Counted from the stretch's first letter, positions 9,287-20,466 are shown. The stretch is 64,000 bases of DNA from Candidatus Moraniibacteriota bacterium (GCA_016699875.1 CP064989.1:85380-149379); one strand, 5' to 3'. Notes: generated by a model from the sequence alone, not told the origin. Program-made: numbers and translations.

Positions 9287-11176
9287 ATGTGCGGTATTGC
9301 CGGAAAAATTTCCCTCACAAACAAAGAAATCTCGACTGTCGAAGTCGAGATGATGAACGAGGCTATCAAACACCGCGGCCCAGACGATGGAGGTGTATAC
9401 ATTTCACCAAATGCACGTGTCGGACTCGGCCACCGCAGACTTTCCATCATCGATCTCTCCCCGCTCGGGCACCAGCCGATGCGGTATATGGACCGCTATG
9501 AGATTGTCTTCAACGGCGAGATCTACAACTTCCAATCGGAACGGGATGCACTCGTCCGCGACGGATACACCTTCACCTCCCACTCAGACACGGAGGTCAT
9601 CATGGCACTCTACGACAAATACGGGAAAGACTGTCTCTCACATCTCCGCGGGATGTTCGCCTTCGCGATCTATGACGAGCAGAAACAAGTCCTCTTTGCC
9701 GCCCGGGATCGGGTCGGAAAGAAACCGTTCAAGTACTTCTTCGACGGAAGCGTGTTTCTCTTCGCATCCGAACTCAAGGCGATCCTGACGCAGCCGGAGT
9801 ACACACGAGAACCGGACTTCGAGGCAATCCACCACTATCTCACCCTCCAGTACGTCCCAGCCCCACTCACCGGCTTCAAGGGTATCAAGAAACTGGAACC
9901 GGCCCATTCTCTCTCACTCGATATGCGGACGAAGAAGATGGAGATCGAGCGGTACTGGAAACTCGACTACTCTAAGAAGTGGAATCTCTCTCCCGAAGAA
10001 TGGAAGAAACGGATCATCGACACGCTCGAGGAATCGACAAAACTCCGGATGATCTCCGATGTGCCGATCGGGGCGTTCCTCTCCGGCGGTGTGGATTCAA
10101 GTGCAGTCGTTGCTATGATGGCACGACATTCCGACAAACCGATCAAAACTTTTTCCATCGGATTCAAAGAGGAGAAATACAACGAACTCCCATATGCACG
10201 GATGATCGCTGACCGGTTCAAGACTGACCACACGGAGTTTATTGTGGAACCCCATGCGATCGAACTCCTTCCCATGCTCGTAAAACAGTATGAAGAGCCC
10301 TATGCCGACTCGAGCGCACTCCCGACCTACTACGTCTCCAAACTCACCCGTGAACACGTCGCTGTCGCGCTCAATGGTGATGGCGGTGACGAGAATTTCG
10401 GCGGATATGGCCGATACAGCGTACACAAGTTCGCGCTCGCCTACGACAAGCTCATGTTTCTTCACAAGACGCTTGCACTTCCAGCAACGACACTTGCCGC
10501 TAGATTCTTTAAAACAACCTTCCTCGACCGCACACACCGCTTCGCCGAGAGTCTCTCGAAACCCTATAACTACCGATATGTGAACTACATTTGTTATTTC
10601 ACGAACCAAATGAAAGACGAACTCTATACGGATGACTTTCGTAAGAAAATGAAACATTCGGATTCGTACCGCATCGTTGCTGATCGATTTGGCGAGTCCG
10701 GGAGCCTAAACAAGGTTGAACAGGCTGTCTACGCAGATTTCGCAACCTATCTCCCCGATGACCTTATGGTCAAAGTGGATATCGATACTATGGCTGTCGC
10801 TCTCGAAGGGCGCTCCCCATTTCTCGATCATGAATTTCTGGAACTTACCACTAAAATTCCGTTCGACCTGAAACTTAAAGGAAGAAACAACAAAAAATAT
10901 ATCCTGAAAGAAGCGCTTCGCGGCATCATCCCTGATGAGATCATGTTCCGTCCGAAGATGGGATTCGGTATCCCGATACACAAATGGTTCCGTGGCGAAC
11001 TAAAGGATTACGCCTACCAAACCCTTCTCTCAGAGAAGGCGATACAACGGGGAATTTTTAAGAAAGAAGTCATCAAGTCTCTGCTTGATAAACATTGCAC
11101 AACAAACATCGATTTCGGATATCATATCTGGGCACTCATAACCCTCGAACTCTGGTTCCAAGAATATTTCGACTGA
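9287..11176 (+). CDS. asnB: Asparagine synthase (glutamine-hydrolysing) family amidotransferase
   Basis: MCGIAG N-terminal nucleophile Cys2. Ntn glutaminase domain plus the SGGVDSS PP-loop of AsnB. Confidence 0.85.
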   Translation: MCGIAGKISLTNKEISTVEVEMMNEAIKHRGPDDGGVYISPNARVGLGHRRLSIIDLSPLGHQPMRYMDRYEIVFNGEIYNFQSERDALVRDGYTFTSHSDTEVIMALYDKYGKDCLSHLRGMFAFAIYDEQKQVLFAARDRVGKKPFKYFFDGSVFLFASELKAILTQPEYTREPDFEAIHHYLTLQYVPAPLTGFKGIKKLEPAHSLSLDMRTKKMEIERYWKLDYSKKWNLSPEEWKKRIIDTLEESTKLRMISDVPIGAFLSGGVDSSAVVAMMARHSDKPIKTFSIGFKEEKYNELPYARMIADRFKTDHTEFIVEPHAIELLPMLVKQYEEPYADSSALPTYYVSKLTREHVAVALNGDGGDENFGGYGRYSVHKFALAYDKLMFLHKTLALPATTLAARFFKTTFLDRTHRFAESLSKPYNYRYVNYICYFTNQMKDELYTDDFRKKMKHSDSYRIVADRFGESGSLNKVEQAVYADFATYLPDDLMVKVDIDTMAVALEGRSPFLDHEFLELTTKIPFDLKLKGRNNKKYILKEALRGIIPDEIMFRPKMGFGIPIHKWFRGELKDYAYQTLLSEKAIQRGIFKKEVIKSLLDKHCTTNIDFGYHIWALITLELWFQEYFD

Positions 11177-11288
11177 TTTTTTTCATTTGTCATCCCAGAC
11201 ATGATCCGGGATCCAGAAATCACAATCGATCTAGATTCCGATTCTGATGCCAGGATTACAGAGCAGAGAAATATCATCCACATTTTCT

Positions 11289-12413
11289 ATGCCCAAGAAA
11301 AGAATCATCCACCTCATCACGGGACTTGAAATAGGAGGAACGGAAATGATGCTCCTTAAAACTTTGCCAGGATTGCAAGGAGACTTTGACAACCGCGTCT
11401 GCTGTATTCGTGGTCACGGATCGATAGGGAAGCGACTTGAAAATGCCGGTGTTCCTGTCGTATATCTCGAACTGAAAAATATTTTTGATTTTGGTGCAAC
11501 TCTCCGTTTCCGTGGCATTATCAAAGAATTTCAACCAGATATCCTTGTCACCTATCTTATCCATGCCGATCTTCTTGGTCGCGTTTTCGGTCGGCTTTTC
11601 GGAATCAAAAAAATCATCTGCAATCAACGAGGAAAACTTCTCCAATGGGAGTTTCTTCGTTTCATTGATTATGCCACGAAATCATTGGTCACGAAATATA
11701 TAGTACAGACTAGCATTGCTCAACAGGAACTCATGAAAAAACTCCGCCTGCCTAAAGAAAGATTAGTAGTCATTCCAAACGCCATCGATACGGAAGAGTT
11801 CAACTTTGAAATGGATTGTGGCAAAAAACGAGCTGAATTCTCTCTGAAATCAGACGATATAGTCATCACCTGCGTGAGCAAACTTCGCCGTGGTAAAGGG
11901 CACAAATATCTCCTTGAAGCATTTGAATCACTTTCATTGCGAGGAAGTGAAACGACTGCAGCAATCCAGCCTTCCCACCTCAAGCTCCTCCTCGTCGGCG
12001 ACGGCGAGCAAAAAGAGGAACTTCTCGAGCAGGTCAAAAACTACACATCAAGGCCGAATATTCTCTTTCTTGGAAATCGTGGTGATATCAAAGAAATTCT
12101 GAAAATTTCTGCCATTTTTATACTCGCAACGGAAGGCGAAGGGATGTCCAATGCTATTATGGAGGCGATGGCCGCTGGGCTCCCCGTCATTACGACTAAC
12201 CTCCCGGAAAACCATGAACTCATTGAACACGGAAGCACCGGAATCCTTGTGCCTCCAAGAAATGCTAGCATGCTCGCTGAGGCGATGAACTTCCTTGTTG
12301 CTGATCCACACAAACAAAAAGCTCTCGGAAAAAACGCCAAGGGTGCAATTATGGAAAAATTCGACCTCAAAAAAATTGTCAGGCGACTTTCTCAATTCCT
12401 CGCAAGACTATAG
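11289..12413 (+). CDS. Glycosyltransferase family 4
   Basis: MPKKRIIHLITGLEIGGTE N-terminus. C-terminal EGEGMSNAIMEAMAAGLPVITT motif. An alternative upstream start lies at 11247. Confidence 0.75.
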   Translation: MPKKRIIHLITGLEIGGTEMMLLKTLPGLQGDFDNRVCCIRGHGSIGKRLENAGVPVVYLELKNIFDFGATLRFRGIIKEFQPDILVTYLIHADLLGRVFGRLFGIKKIICNQRGKLLQWEFLRFIDYATKSLVTKYIVQTSIAQQELMKKLRLPKERLVVIPNAIDTEEFNFEMDCGKKRAEFSLKSDDIVITCVSKLRRGKGHKYLLEAFESLSLRGSETTAAIQPSHLKLLLVGDGEQKEELLEQVKNYTSRPNILFLGNRGDIKEILKISAIFILATEGEGMSNAIMEAMAAGLPVITTNLPENHELIEHGSTGILVPPRNASMLAEAMNFLVADPHKQKALGKNAKGAIMEKFDLKKIVRRLSQFLARL

Positions 12414-13510
12414 AGAAGTTCCTCCCACTGCTTCCCTACGATATTGATATCGTGGTTTTCTTTTGCATATCTAAAAGCATTCGTTGATTTTTTTTTCCAA
12501 TCGCCCTCATCATTCAAAAGAGTTTCTATCTGATCGATCATTTTTTCAAAAACCGAATCAGCGCAATAGCCTATATTATTTTTAGTTATATAATTGTCGG
12601 GGTTTATGTTAAGCGTAACCACTGGAGTACCCCCGATACACGATTGCAAATGAACATTCGGAAATCCTTCGTATTCCGAAGTGCACACCAATAGCCTTGC
12701 CTTATTGAAATACTCCTGTATCTTATCAAATGGCACGCGTTCGATAAACTGAACATTTTCCATACTCTGCGCCTTATTGAACGCCATCTCGAAATATTCC
12801 ACCAAATGATTTTGTTTTGGAGCGATCATGACAAACCGCTCTCGCGGAAATTTTTTGGCAAGTTTCAGATATGTTTCCGGACGCTTGTTCGGCTCCATCC
12901 TGCCTACCCACAGAATACCTTTCTTTTCCGATTCTGAAACAATGCCTGTCTCATCATGTTCATGTATAGCGAACGCATTTTTTATGAGAACAGCATCTAT
13001 ACCATAATGCTTCTTTAAGAGCGCCTCATTTTCTTTGCTCTGAGCAATGATGACATCGGCGTGCTCTAGGCCGAATTTAAACAATTTTCCGCGAAATCCG
13101 TTTTTTCGTATATATTCTCCATCGCAATCAATACTACTCGCTGTCCGATAGATAAATCTCTTTCGCAACACTTTGCAAAACAAAGCTATGACACCGACTT
13201 CTGGTCCAGCTGCAGATGTTATGAATATATCGGCATCCGTCCGATAAAGCGCTTTTATCAAAATAAATAGCGATTTTACGCGGAACCACGGACTCAAATA
13301 TCCGCCAAGGCGGATTGATTTGATAAACGTATAATCTCCTATGCGTTCTGTATCTGCCTGACCGAAGTCAGCCACAATAAAACTTATTTCATGACGCGAT
13401 GCAAGATGTTCAGCAACAATCGAAAGCTGTAATTCGGATCCGCCGAAAACAGCCTGGTGGCCAGACTTGAACAGGGGGTACGCAGAAAGAGAAAAGAAAC
13501 AAATCTTCAT
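12392..13510 (-). CDS. Glycosyltransferase family 4
   Basis: EYEGFPNVHLQSCIGGTPVV GT4 C-terminal motif. Convergent with the previous gene, with a 22-bp overlap. Confidence 0.7.
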   Translation of the reverse strand: MKICFFSLSAYPLFKSGHQAVFGGSELQLSIVAEHLASRHEISFIVADFGQADTERIGDYTFIKSIRLGGYLSPWFRVKSLFILIKALYRTDADIFITSAAGPEVGVIALFCKVLRKRFIYRTASSIDCDGEYIRKNGFRGKLFKFGLEHADVIIAQSKENEALLKKHYGIDAVLIKNAFAIHEHDETGIVSESEKKGILWVGRMEPNKRPETYLKLAKKFPRERFVMIAPKQNHLVEYFEMAFNKAQSMENVQFIERVPFDKIQEYFNKARLLVCTSEYEGFPNVHLQSCIGGTPVVTLNINPDNYITKNNIGYCADSVFEKMIDQIETLLNDEGDWKKKSTNAFRYAKENHDINIVGKQWEELLYSLARN

Positions 13511-14289
13511 AAGATTTCCTTCCCTGCCTCACCTCTTTTCTTGTATATCGAAAGAATGTATGGAGAAACAGATTTAGTTTCCGGCAGCATTATTCCATTT
13601 TGGAAAAGAAAATTAAATACGTTTTGAATAGCTTGATGGATATACCCAAATGGCCATTTCCCTGAATACAGACCGAAATTCACCCTTCCGATATACCCGG
13701 TATAAATGTTTTCAAGAGCGTCTTTATTTCCAACCTCGTTGAAAAACTCAAGATTCATAACGTCAAGATTGTGAATCTTGACATTCTCACTATTCAACAG
13801 TTTCTGATAAAAGAGATTCCACCCTGAAAGATTCGGGACCGAAATAACAATAAACCCACCCGGCTTGGTAAATTCAATGTGTTTCTGAATTATGCGTTGG
13901 AGCGTATCCCCATGAAAATGTTCGATAAGCCCGGCAGAAAAAACAACATCATAATGTTTTTTTGGAACGAAGCTGTCCAGATTTCCTTGAAAAAGCTCAT
14001 GCGTTATACCCAATACATCCAGGTTCTTCCTCGTAATTTCAATCCCTTTCGGTGAAAAATCAATTCCAGAGACGTTGTAATCGAAACGATTATGAAAATA
14101 ATACATCCAACCACCCGGCGCGCACCCCAGCTCGATAAAATCACACGGGTAATCGGTGGGGAGAATTTTCTTGAAAATTCTATCAAGCTCAATACTAGAA
14201 AGGCTTGCGTTATACTCATATTTGATCGGGAGTTTCGTTTTCTCGATATTACTATCCCAATAGCTTGATTCGGTCAGAGCCTCTCTCAT
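13507..14289 (-). CDS. Class I SAM-dependent methyltransferase
   Basis: FIELGCAPGGWMYYF motif I. Overlaps both neighbours by 4 bp. Confidence 0.7.
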   Translation of the reverse strand: MREALTESSYWDSNIEKTKLPIKYEYNASLSSIELDRIFKKILPTDYPCDFIELGCAPGGWMYYFHNRFDYNVSGIDFSPKGIEITRKNLDVLGITHELFQGNLDSFVPKKHYDVVFSAGLIEHFHGDTLQRIIQKHIEFTKPGGFIVISVPNLSGWNLFYQKLLNSENVKIHNLDVMNLEFFNEVGNKDALENIYTGYIGRVNFGLYSGKWPFGYIHQAIQNVFNFLFQNGIMLPETKSVSPYILSIYKKRGEAGKEIL

Positions 14290-15398
14290 AGTGATGTGTT
14301 GTTATTGAGCCATTTTTTATCAGCCCTTATTTCATCCATTATGGATTTAAACGTGTTTTCCAGCTTATAAAATTGCGCAGCTCTTTTAAAGCCCGCCATA
14401 GCGATTCGCTTCCGTTCTTCATCATGGGTAAGATAGTATTCTATCTTTTCAATAGCTTCTGAAATGGAATCATACGTAACCACTTCTTCATCGATCCTAT
14501 AAAGTTCCGACAAACCATCCTTACAGTCACAGATCTGCATGACTCCATTCATCGGTAATTCATACAACCTCAAGTTGCTCGGACCGAAAGACATATGCAT
14601 ATTGAAACCGATTTTTGTGTCTTGATACAGGCTCACTAGTCCATCTTTTGGCAGTTCATTTATTCTCGGTATCTCAAAATATCGCTTCACCAGATATTCA
14701 ACGACCCTTTTAATAGTGCTTGCGCCCTCATAGTTCCAACCTCTTCCATAGATAAGCATTCTTTTGCCGAAGTGTTTTTTTAACCGAAAGATACGAATGA
14801 TTTTTTTGAGGTACGCACCACCAACATAAACCAAATCAATATTCCGAGAAGATACATCATTAAAGGGAAGTCTATATTTGATTGGATTTGCACCAAGTGG
14901 CACAAACAGAGCCTTCCGTGCTCCCCATTCTCTATATAGTTCCTCTGTTTTTTTCAATCTATCAAAATAGATCCCTCCGCAAAAAGCATAATCATAATAC
15001 CGTACATACCAACGCGAAGTATGATCGGATCCCTCTGGATCATCACCAAAATAGCACGCAGCATACGAAATTGATTTTACTCTATTGATAAACGACTGTG
15101 ACCAAGGGTATCCAGAACCAAAGAAAATGCAAATAGTTACTTGATGATCTTTCAGATAATCAAGGATACGAGAATATTCTTGAGCCACACCTTCCAGGAG
15201 ATCCAATCTACCGTGCTCTTCATATGTTTTGAATCGTATCAATTCTGGATTATCTGTATCAAAGAGATGCACCTGGAGATCATTAAAAAGTGCCAATGCC
15301 TGGACATTCTCTTTTTCTGATAAAGTTGTGCCGAAGCTTTTTTTTTGAAAAAAAGCGACTTTCGTAGCGCCGGTTTTATTGAAAATTTCGAATCTCAT
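14286..15398 (-). CDS. CgeB-like (DUF3880-type) putative glycosyltransferase, paralog 1
   Basis: Shares the conserved C-terminal block SFGPSNLRLYELPMNGVMQICD with the adjacent paralog. Resembles the CgeB spore-maturation family. Confidence 0.55.
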   Translation of the reverse strand: MRFEIFNKTGATKVAFFQKKSFGTTLSEKENVQALALFNDLQVHLFDTDNPELIRFKTYEEHGRLDLLEGVAQEYSRILDYLKDHQVTICIFFGSGYPWSQSFINRVKSISYAACYFGDDPEGSDHTSRWYVRYYDYAFCGGIYFDRLKKTEELYREWGARKALFVPLGANPIKYRLPFNDVSSRNIDLVYVGGAYLKKIIRIFRLKKHFGKRMLIYGRGWNYEGASTIKRVVEYLVKRYFEIPRINELPKDGLVSLYQDTKIGFNMHMSFGPSNLRLYELPMNGVMQICDCKDGLSELYRIDEEVVTYDSISEAIEKIEYYLTHDEERKRIAMAGFKRAAQFYKLENTFKSIMDEIRADKKWLNNNTSL

Positions 15399-15399
15399 A

Positions 15400-16491
15400 T
15401 TACGAGGTGATATAACGGATATGCTTTTCCATCACTCGTTCATACGTGTATTCTTTTGATGCCCTTTCATATCCGGCACGTGCAATCTGCTCCCGCTCAG
15501 CGTCATGTTCAAGATAATATTTTATTTTCCCCAATGCCTCCTTTATGCTCGAATAACAGACAATCTCCTTTCCGACTTCATACAAAGAGTGATATCCATT
15601 CTCGTTATCGGTTATCTGCAAGACACCGTTCAAGCATAACTCATAACTCCGTGCATTGCTCGGTCCATACGATAAGTGACGATTGAAACCGATCTTACTC
15701 CTCTTATATGCTTTCTTCAACTCGACATCGCTGATATTTTCAACCTCTGGAAGTGGAAAAAAGTAATTCAGAAGGCTGTATGCGCTCCTGAAAATGGTAT
15801 CCGCAGAACGAGGATCATATCGGCTATATAGCTTCAATCGATTTCCAAAGCGTCGATACAGTCGGTGTAGCGAAATCCATCGCTTCCAATTGAACGAACC
15901 CACATGAATAACATCGATATCCTTTTTATCATATTCAATCGGCCGTAAATCATAATGCCTCGGATCAACGAAGACTGGCAGAAACTTCACATCTTTCGCT
16001 CCCCAGCTACGATACATTGCCGCAATCGTTCTGCGTCCATCATAGTCCACCCCCGAACAGATGCATTTGTCATAGAAACGAACAATTGGTTTTGAGTAAA
16101 CCAAACTCCCTTCCGGATCATCGACAATTTTCGTTGCAAGGACGATTCCGAATGCTCGCAACTCATTCAAGAATTTCGGATGCCACATATTCGAATTCAG
16201 TAGCGCGTACCGGATACGCTCCTGCCGAATCTTATTCACCAGCTTTCCTATAGTTTCCCGATATTCCGGGATACGGAGAGCATTGTCCAAATTGTACGCC
16301 GGGGCCGTTTTCCCTATTCTTGTCCAAACCTTCGGTAAAGAATCATAAAAACCCTGATAAAAATCGGGGTCAATATAATACAGCGTGACATCAAGGAACG
16401 AGATGACCTCCCGTAGACCATCCGTTATGAAAATCGGATGCCCTATAAGGATCTTTTTCGATCCACTTCCGATGTGTTGAAATATCTGCAT
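15400..16491 (-). CDS. CgeB-like (DUF3880-type) putative glycosyltransferase, paralog 2
   Basis: SYGPSNARSYELCLNGVLQITD block. Collinear similarity to 14286..15398 along the whole length. Confidence 0.55.
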   Translation of the reverse strand: MQIFQHIGSGSKKILIGHPIFITDGLREVISFLDVTLYYIDPDFYQGFYDSLPKVWTRIGKTAPAYNLDNALRIPEYRETIGKLVNKIRQERIRYALLNSNMWHPKFLNELRAFGIVLATKIVDDPEGSLVYSKPIVRFYDKCICSGVDYDGRRTIAAMYRSWGAKDVKFLPVFVDPRHYDLRPIEYDKKDIDVIHVGSFNWKRWISLHRLYRRFGNRLKLYSRYDPRSADTIFRSAYSLLNYFFPLPEVENISDVELKKAYKRSKIGFNRHLSYGPSNARSYELCLNGVLQITDNENGYHSLYEVGKEIVCYSSIKEALGKIKYYLEHDAEREQIARAGYERASKEYTYERVMEKHIRYITS

Positions 16492-16499
16492 ACGCCATC

Positions 16500-17045
16500 C
16501 TACTTTACCGCCTCGACGTTAAGACTGACCGGCAATCCATGTTCCTTATCCATGTGAGGAATGTATGCCTGCGAGTAATCATCGATTCCGGCATGCTCCG
16601 TCTTTCTCCAATCATACCGCCGAACCCCCTTGAAACCAGCCTCTATAAGAAGCTCTGAAAGAAATCTGAAATCGAACGCCATATAATGGAAATTATAAAG
16701 ATACGTCTGCCCACCGACAAGCGGTCCGAGAACCAGTTTCAAATCTCCATATTTCTGATAGATGGCAACGATCTCCTCAAAACCGGGTACTGAAAGCCTC
16801 AAAACGCCTCCCGGTTTCAATACCCGAAACCATTCCTGTAAAACCTTCTTGACCTCCGTTCGCTTGAAGTGCTCTAGAATATGACAGGCATATACGAGAT
16901 CCACACTATCATCATCAAAGACACTCAGATCATCGGCCGGTATCTTATAATCGATGTGATCAAAGTCCATGAGATCGATATGGATAAACCCAGGAATATA
17001 TATTCTCCCACACCCAAGATGCAATTTTTTCATACATTTAGACAT
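16500..17045 (-). CDS. SAM-dependent methyltransferase (Methyltransf_11-like)
   Basis: HLGCGRIYIPGFIHIDL...VYACHILEHF motifs. Confidence 0.7.
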   Translation of the reverse strand: MSKCMKKLHLGCGRIYIPGFIHIDLMDFDHIDYKIPADDLSVFDDDSVDLVYACHILEHFKRTEVKKVLQEWFRVLKPGGVLRLSVPGFEEIVAIYQKYGDLKLVLGPLVGGQTYLYNFHYMAFDFRFLSELLIEAGFKGVRRYDWRKTEHAGIDDYSQAYIPHMDKEHGLPVSLNVEAVK

Positions 17046-18321
17046 TCTTACAAATATTTACATGAATCATTTTCCTTACATAAATAGCGGCCAAAACATA
17101 AATTAGAATTTGCGCAATCAAATATGCATACACGCTCCTGAAAAGGATAATCGAGCTTACCATGAAACTATAAATAACCAAGTTAATAAATGTCGCCCTT
17201 CCGATTTGATCGATATTTAATATCCCCATGAAAACAAAGAAAATTATATTCAAAAGTGATGCCAGGGAAAATAGAAGCATGAGTATCAATTGAAATGGGT
17301 ATTCGTTACCGAAAAACAAGAGAAATGTTGATCCACTCAAGACATTAAGAATGAACCAAAGAATGAAATACCTATAAAAAGCAACCTCCAATTTCTTAAC
17401 AATTGGTTTGAGATTCTCCTTATTTCTTATAACAACTGGCCAAAAGATATTCATGAAGACTATAGCGATCGTTGAGATAACTGTCTGCGATGAAGTGTAA
17501 TATGCACTATAGACTCCGAGCTCAGCGTTTCCTATATACTTACCAATAAAAACCTTGTCCGAGCTCAGAATGAGGCCGCTTACACCGGCAATTATCAAGA
17601 ATTTATTGTAATGTAGCAATAACACAACATCATCCCATGTAAAAAAAACAAGTCTTTTCCTCAAAAAATAAAGAGCCGCCACGATAAAGATCGTGGCGCC
17701 AGCCATAAGCGAAGCTACGTAATACAAATATGTGAATGTTTCCCGCGAAAGAAAATAAAAAGAGAAAAAGACGAGAATGACAAAAATTGAATCCAGAAAT
17801 TTCATCGCCGATTGCCTCTTGAAAAAACCGAGTGCTCTCAAGAATGAGTCAAATAATTCCCGAAAAGAAAATATGAGACCAAAGAAAAATATCAGGAGAA
17901 TTGAAGAATCACTTAAATCGAGTTTATCTCCCAAGAAACCCCTGAAAGCGTAAACGAAAACGAAGAAGACGGCTGCCTGAATGAGCGTTAAAAATATGGA
18001 CGCACTTAGTAGCGCCTCTTTTTTCTCTTTGTATTTTTGATCTGAGACAAATCGTGTACCACTCGAATTATTCCCTAAGAGAAAAAAGAAGGTTGACGAC
18101 GTCGCAAGAGAGAGGAAGTAATTATATTCGCCATAACCAACCGGACCAAGAATCCTTCCGGCTGATATGTTTGTTACGAATAAAAGTCCGGAAGTGAGAA
18201 CACCCAAAAAAAACGAGAAGGAAAGGTTCTCTAAAAAGAGCTTCATTTCATCGCTCATGGCATGATGAAATATCTTTTCATGCAGTTTTTCAGCAAAAAC
18301 TTTCACTTTCTCTCTAAGCAT
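17038..18321 (-). CDS. Polysaccharide biosynthesis protein / Wzx-like oligosaccharide flippase (MOP superfamily)
   Basis: About 12 TM helices. Start placed at internal MLREKV (18321) because the longer ORF would overlap fcl. Confidence 0.65.
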   Translation of the reverse strand: MLREKVKVFAEKLHEKIFHHAMSDEMKLFLENLSFSFFLGVLTSGLLFVTNISAGRILGPVGYGEYNYFLSLATSSTFFFLLGNNSSGTRFVSDQKYKEKKEALLSASIFLTLIQAAVFFVFVYAFRGFLGDKLDLSDSSILLIFFFGLIFSFRELFDSFLRALGFFKRQSAMKFLDSIFVILVFFSFYFLSRETFTYLYYVASLMAGATIFIVAALYFLRKRLVFFTWDDVVLLLHYNKFLIIAGVSGLILSSDKVFIGKYIGNAELGVYSAYYTSSQTVISTIAIVFMNIFWPVVIRNKENLKPIVKKLEVAFYRYFILWFILNVLSGSTFLLFFGNEYPFQLILMLLFSLASLLNIIFFVFMGILNIDQIGRATFINLVIYSFMVSSIILFRSVYAYLIAQILIYVLAAIYVRKMIHVNICKNV

Positions 18322-18340
18322 AAAAAATAAGGGGGTGCAT

Positions 18341-19282
18341 TTACGAAACTTTCCTCGCATCATCGAGAAACCAATCATACGTCGTCCTGATTCCGTCCAG
18401 AAGAGCGATCGAATGCATCCATCCGAGGGAACGCAACCTGGTAACATCGAGCCACTTTCTCGGCGTCCCATCCGGTTTTCTGGTATCCCAGATGATCTCA
18501 CCTTCAAATCCGATCACCGATCGAATTGTTTCCGCGAGTTCCTGTATCGTCACATCTTCTCCCGTTCCAATGTTCACTATTTCCGATCCGTTGTAATGAT
18601 CCATAAGAAAGACCGCTGCATCCGCAAGATCATCCACATGGAGAAATTCCCGTTTCGGCGAACCCGTTCCCCACAACGTCACCGTCTTCGCACCGGAGAC
18701 CTTCGCTTCATGAAATTTCCGAATCATCGCCGGAAGCACATGCGACGTTTCAATGTCGAAATTGTCGTTTGGACCATAAAGATTTGTTGGCATAACGGAG
18801 ATAAAATTCGTGCCATACTGATCATTGAAACTTTGGCACATTTTAATTCCCGCGATCTTTGCAGTAGCATAAGCATCATTTGTTTCTTCAAGAGGACCCG
18901 TCATGAGATATTCTTCCCTAATCGGTTGCGGGCAAAGCTTCGGGTAAATACAGGAACTTCCAAGAAAGAGGAGTTTTGTCACACCGTTTTTCCATGCACT
19001 ATGGACGATATTGTTTTGTATCTGCAAGTTTTCATAGATGAAGTCCGCCTTTTCTTTTTTGTTCGCAAGAATACCGCCAACTTTGGCGGCGGCCAAAAAG
19101 ACATATTCTGGCTTCCCCCTCTCAAAGAACGCCTCGACATCCGACTGACGAAGCAAATCCAATTCCTCCCTTGTCTTTAAAAGAAGATTGCCATACCCTT
19201 TCGCGAGCAGTCTTCGCACGATTGCCGATCCAACCAACCCTCGATGCCCAGCAACGTATATTTTCGATTGTTTCTGCATCAT
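18341..19282 (-). CDS. fcl: GDP-L-fucose synthase
   Basis: KIYVAGHRGLVGSAIVRRL Rossmann N-terminus and overall Fcl-like sequence. Confidence 0.85.
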   Translation of the reverse strand: MMQKQSKIYVAGHRGLVGSAIVRRLLAKGYGNLLLKTREELDLLRQSDVEAFFERGKPEYVFLAAAKVGGILANKKEKADFIYENLQIQNNIVHSAWKNGVTKLLFLGSSCIYPKLCPQPIREEYLMTGPLEETNDAYATAKIAGIKMCQSFNDQYGTNFISVMPTNLYGPNDNFDIETSHVLPAMIRKFHEAKVSGAKTVTLWGTGSPKREFLHVDDLADAAVFLMDHYNGSEIVNIGTGEDVTIQELAETIRSVIGFEGEIIWDTRKPDGTPRKWLDVTRLRSLGWMHSIALLDGIRTTYDWFLDDARKVS

Positions 19283-19312
19283 AACGATGAGTCCATGGTC
19301 ATTATTTCTACT

Positions 19313-20353
19313 TTATTTTATCAGACGCTGCACAGCTGCAAAATCGGCATCCGTCATCAATTTCACAAGCTCGCGAAACTTCGTTTTCGGCTCCCACCCG
19401 AGCTCTTTTTTTGCTTTGGATGGATCACCGATAAGCATATCCACTTCCGCCGGACGAAAATACCTCGGATCGATTCGGATGATCGTTTTCCCCGTCTTCA
19501 CATCCTTTCCTTCTTCGTTCATGCCACTTCCTTCCCAAGCGATCTTGATACTAAGTATCGCCGCAACCTCCTCGATAAATTCCCTAACTGTATGCATTTC
19601 ATTGGTCGCAAGAACATAATCATCCGGTCTATCACCTTGTAATATCTTCCACATCCCTTCCACATAATCCTTAGCGTATCCCCAATCTCGCTTTGCGTCG
19701 ATATTCCCGAGATAGAGCATATCTTCCAGTCCGCATACGATACGGGAAAGTCCTCGGGTTATCTTCCGTGTCACAAACGTCTCGCCGCGTCGAGGCGATT
19801 CGTGATTGAAGAGGATACCGTTGCAGGCGAACATCCCATAACTTTCCCGATAATTCTTCGTAATCCAGTACCCATATACCTTCGAGCAAGCGTAGGGAGA
19901 TCGTGGATAAAAAGGCGTCTTTTCGGTTTGCGGAACCTCCGACACCTTTCCGAACATTTCGGAGCTCGACGCTTGATAGAACTTCGCGCATATTCCAGAA
20001 TCCTTTATCGCATCCAAAATCCTGACTGTTCCAAGCGCGTCGATATCCCCCGTATATTCCGGTATATCAAAACTCACCCGAACATGACTCTGCGCACCAA
20101 GATGATATATTTCATCCGGACGAATTTTCCCGATAAGCCTCGAAATACTGCCTCCATCAGAAAGATCACCGTAATGCAGAAACAGCCGAACATCGTTTAT
20201 ATGCGGATCCTGATAGAGATGATCGATGCGTTCCGTGTTGAAGGTTGAGGCTCTGCGAATCATTCCATGCACTTCATAACCCTTCTCCAAAAGCAATTCG
20301 GAAAGATACGATCCATCCTGTCCAGTTATGCCAGTAATAAAAGCTTTTTTCAT
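19313..20353 (-). CDS. gmd: GDP-mannose 4,6-dehydratase
   Basis: [30 protein letters not shown] is nearly identical to the canonical Gmd N-terminus. The start may be 18 nt upstream (20371). Confidence 0.9.
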   Translation of the reverse strand: MKKAFITGITGQDGSYLSELLLEKGYEVHGMIRRASTFNTERIDHLYQDPHINDVRLFLHYGDLSDGGSISRLIGKIRPDEIYHLGAQSHVRVSFDIPEYTGDIDALGTVRILDAIKDSGICAKFYQASSSEMFGKVSEVPQTEKTPFYPRSPYACSKVYGYWITKNYRESYGMFACNGILFNHESPRRGETFVTRKITRGLSRIVCGLEDMLYLGNIDAKRDWGYAKDYVEGMWKILQGDRPDDYVLATNEMHTVREFIEEVAAILSIKIAWEGSGMNEEGKDVKTGKTIIRIDPRYFRPAEVDMLIGDPSKAKKELGWEPKTKFRELVKLMTDADFAAVQRLIK

Positions 20354-20466
20354 ATATTTTGTAGTAACCATAGAATCCTAAACAACTCCCCTACTTCAAC
20401 CTTCAACGAGACCTCCTTGGAATCGCATCAGAAGTGCCATTTTAAAGCATTCATAGTATACTCTCA

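Noticed and set aside
18335-19180. 281-aa +strand ORF
   Set aside because: Antisense to fcl.
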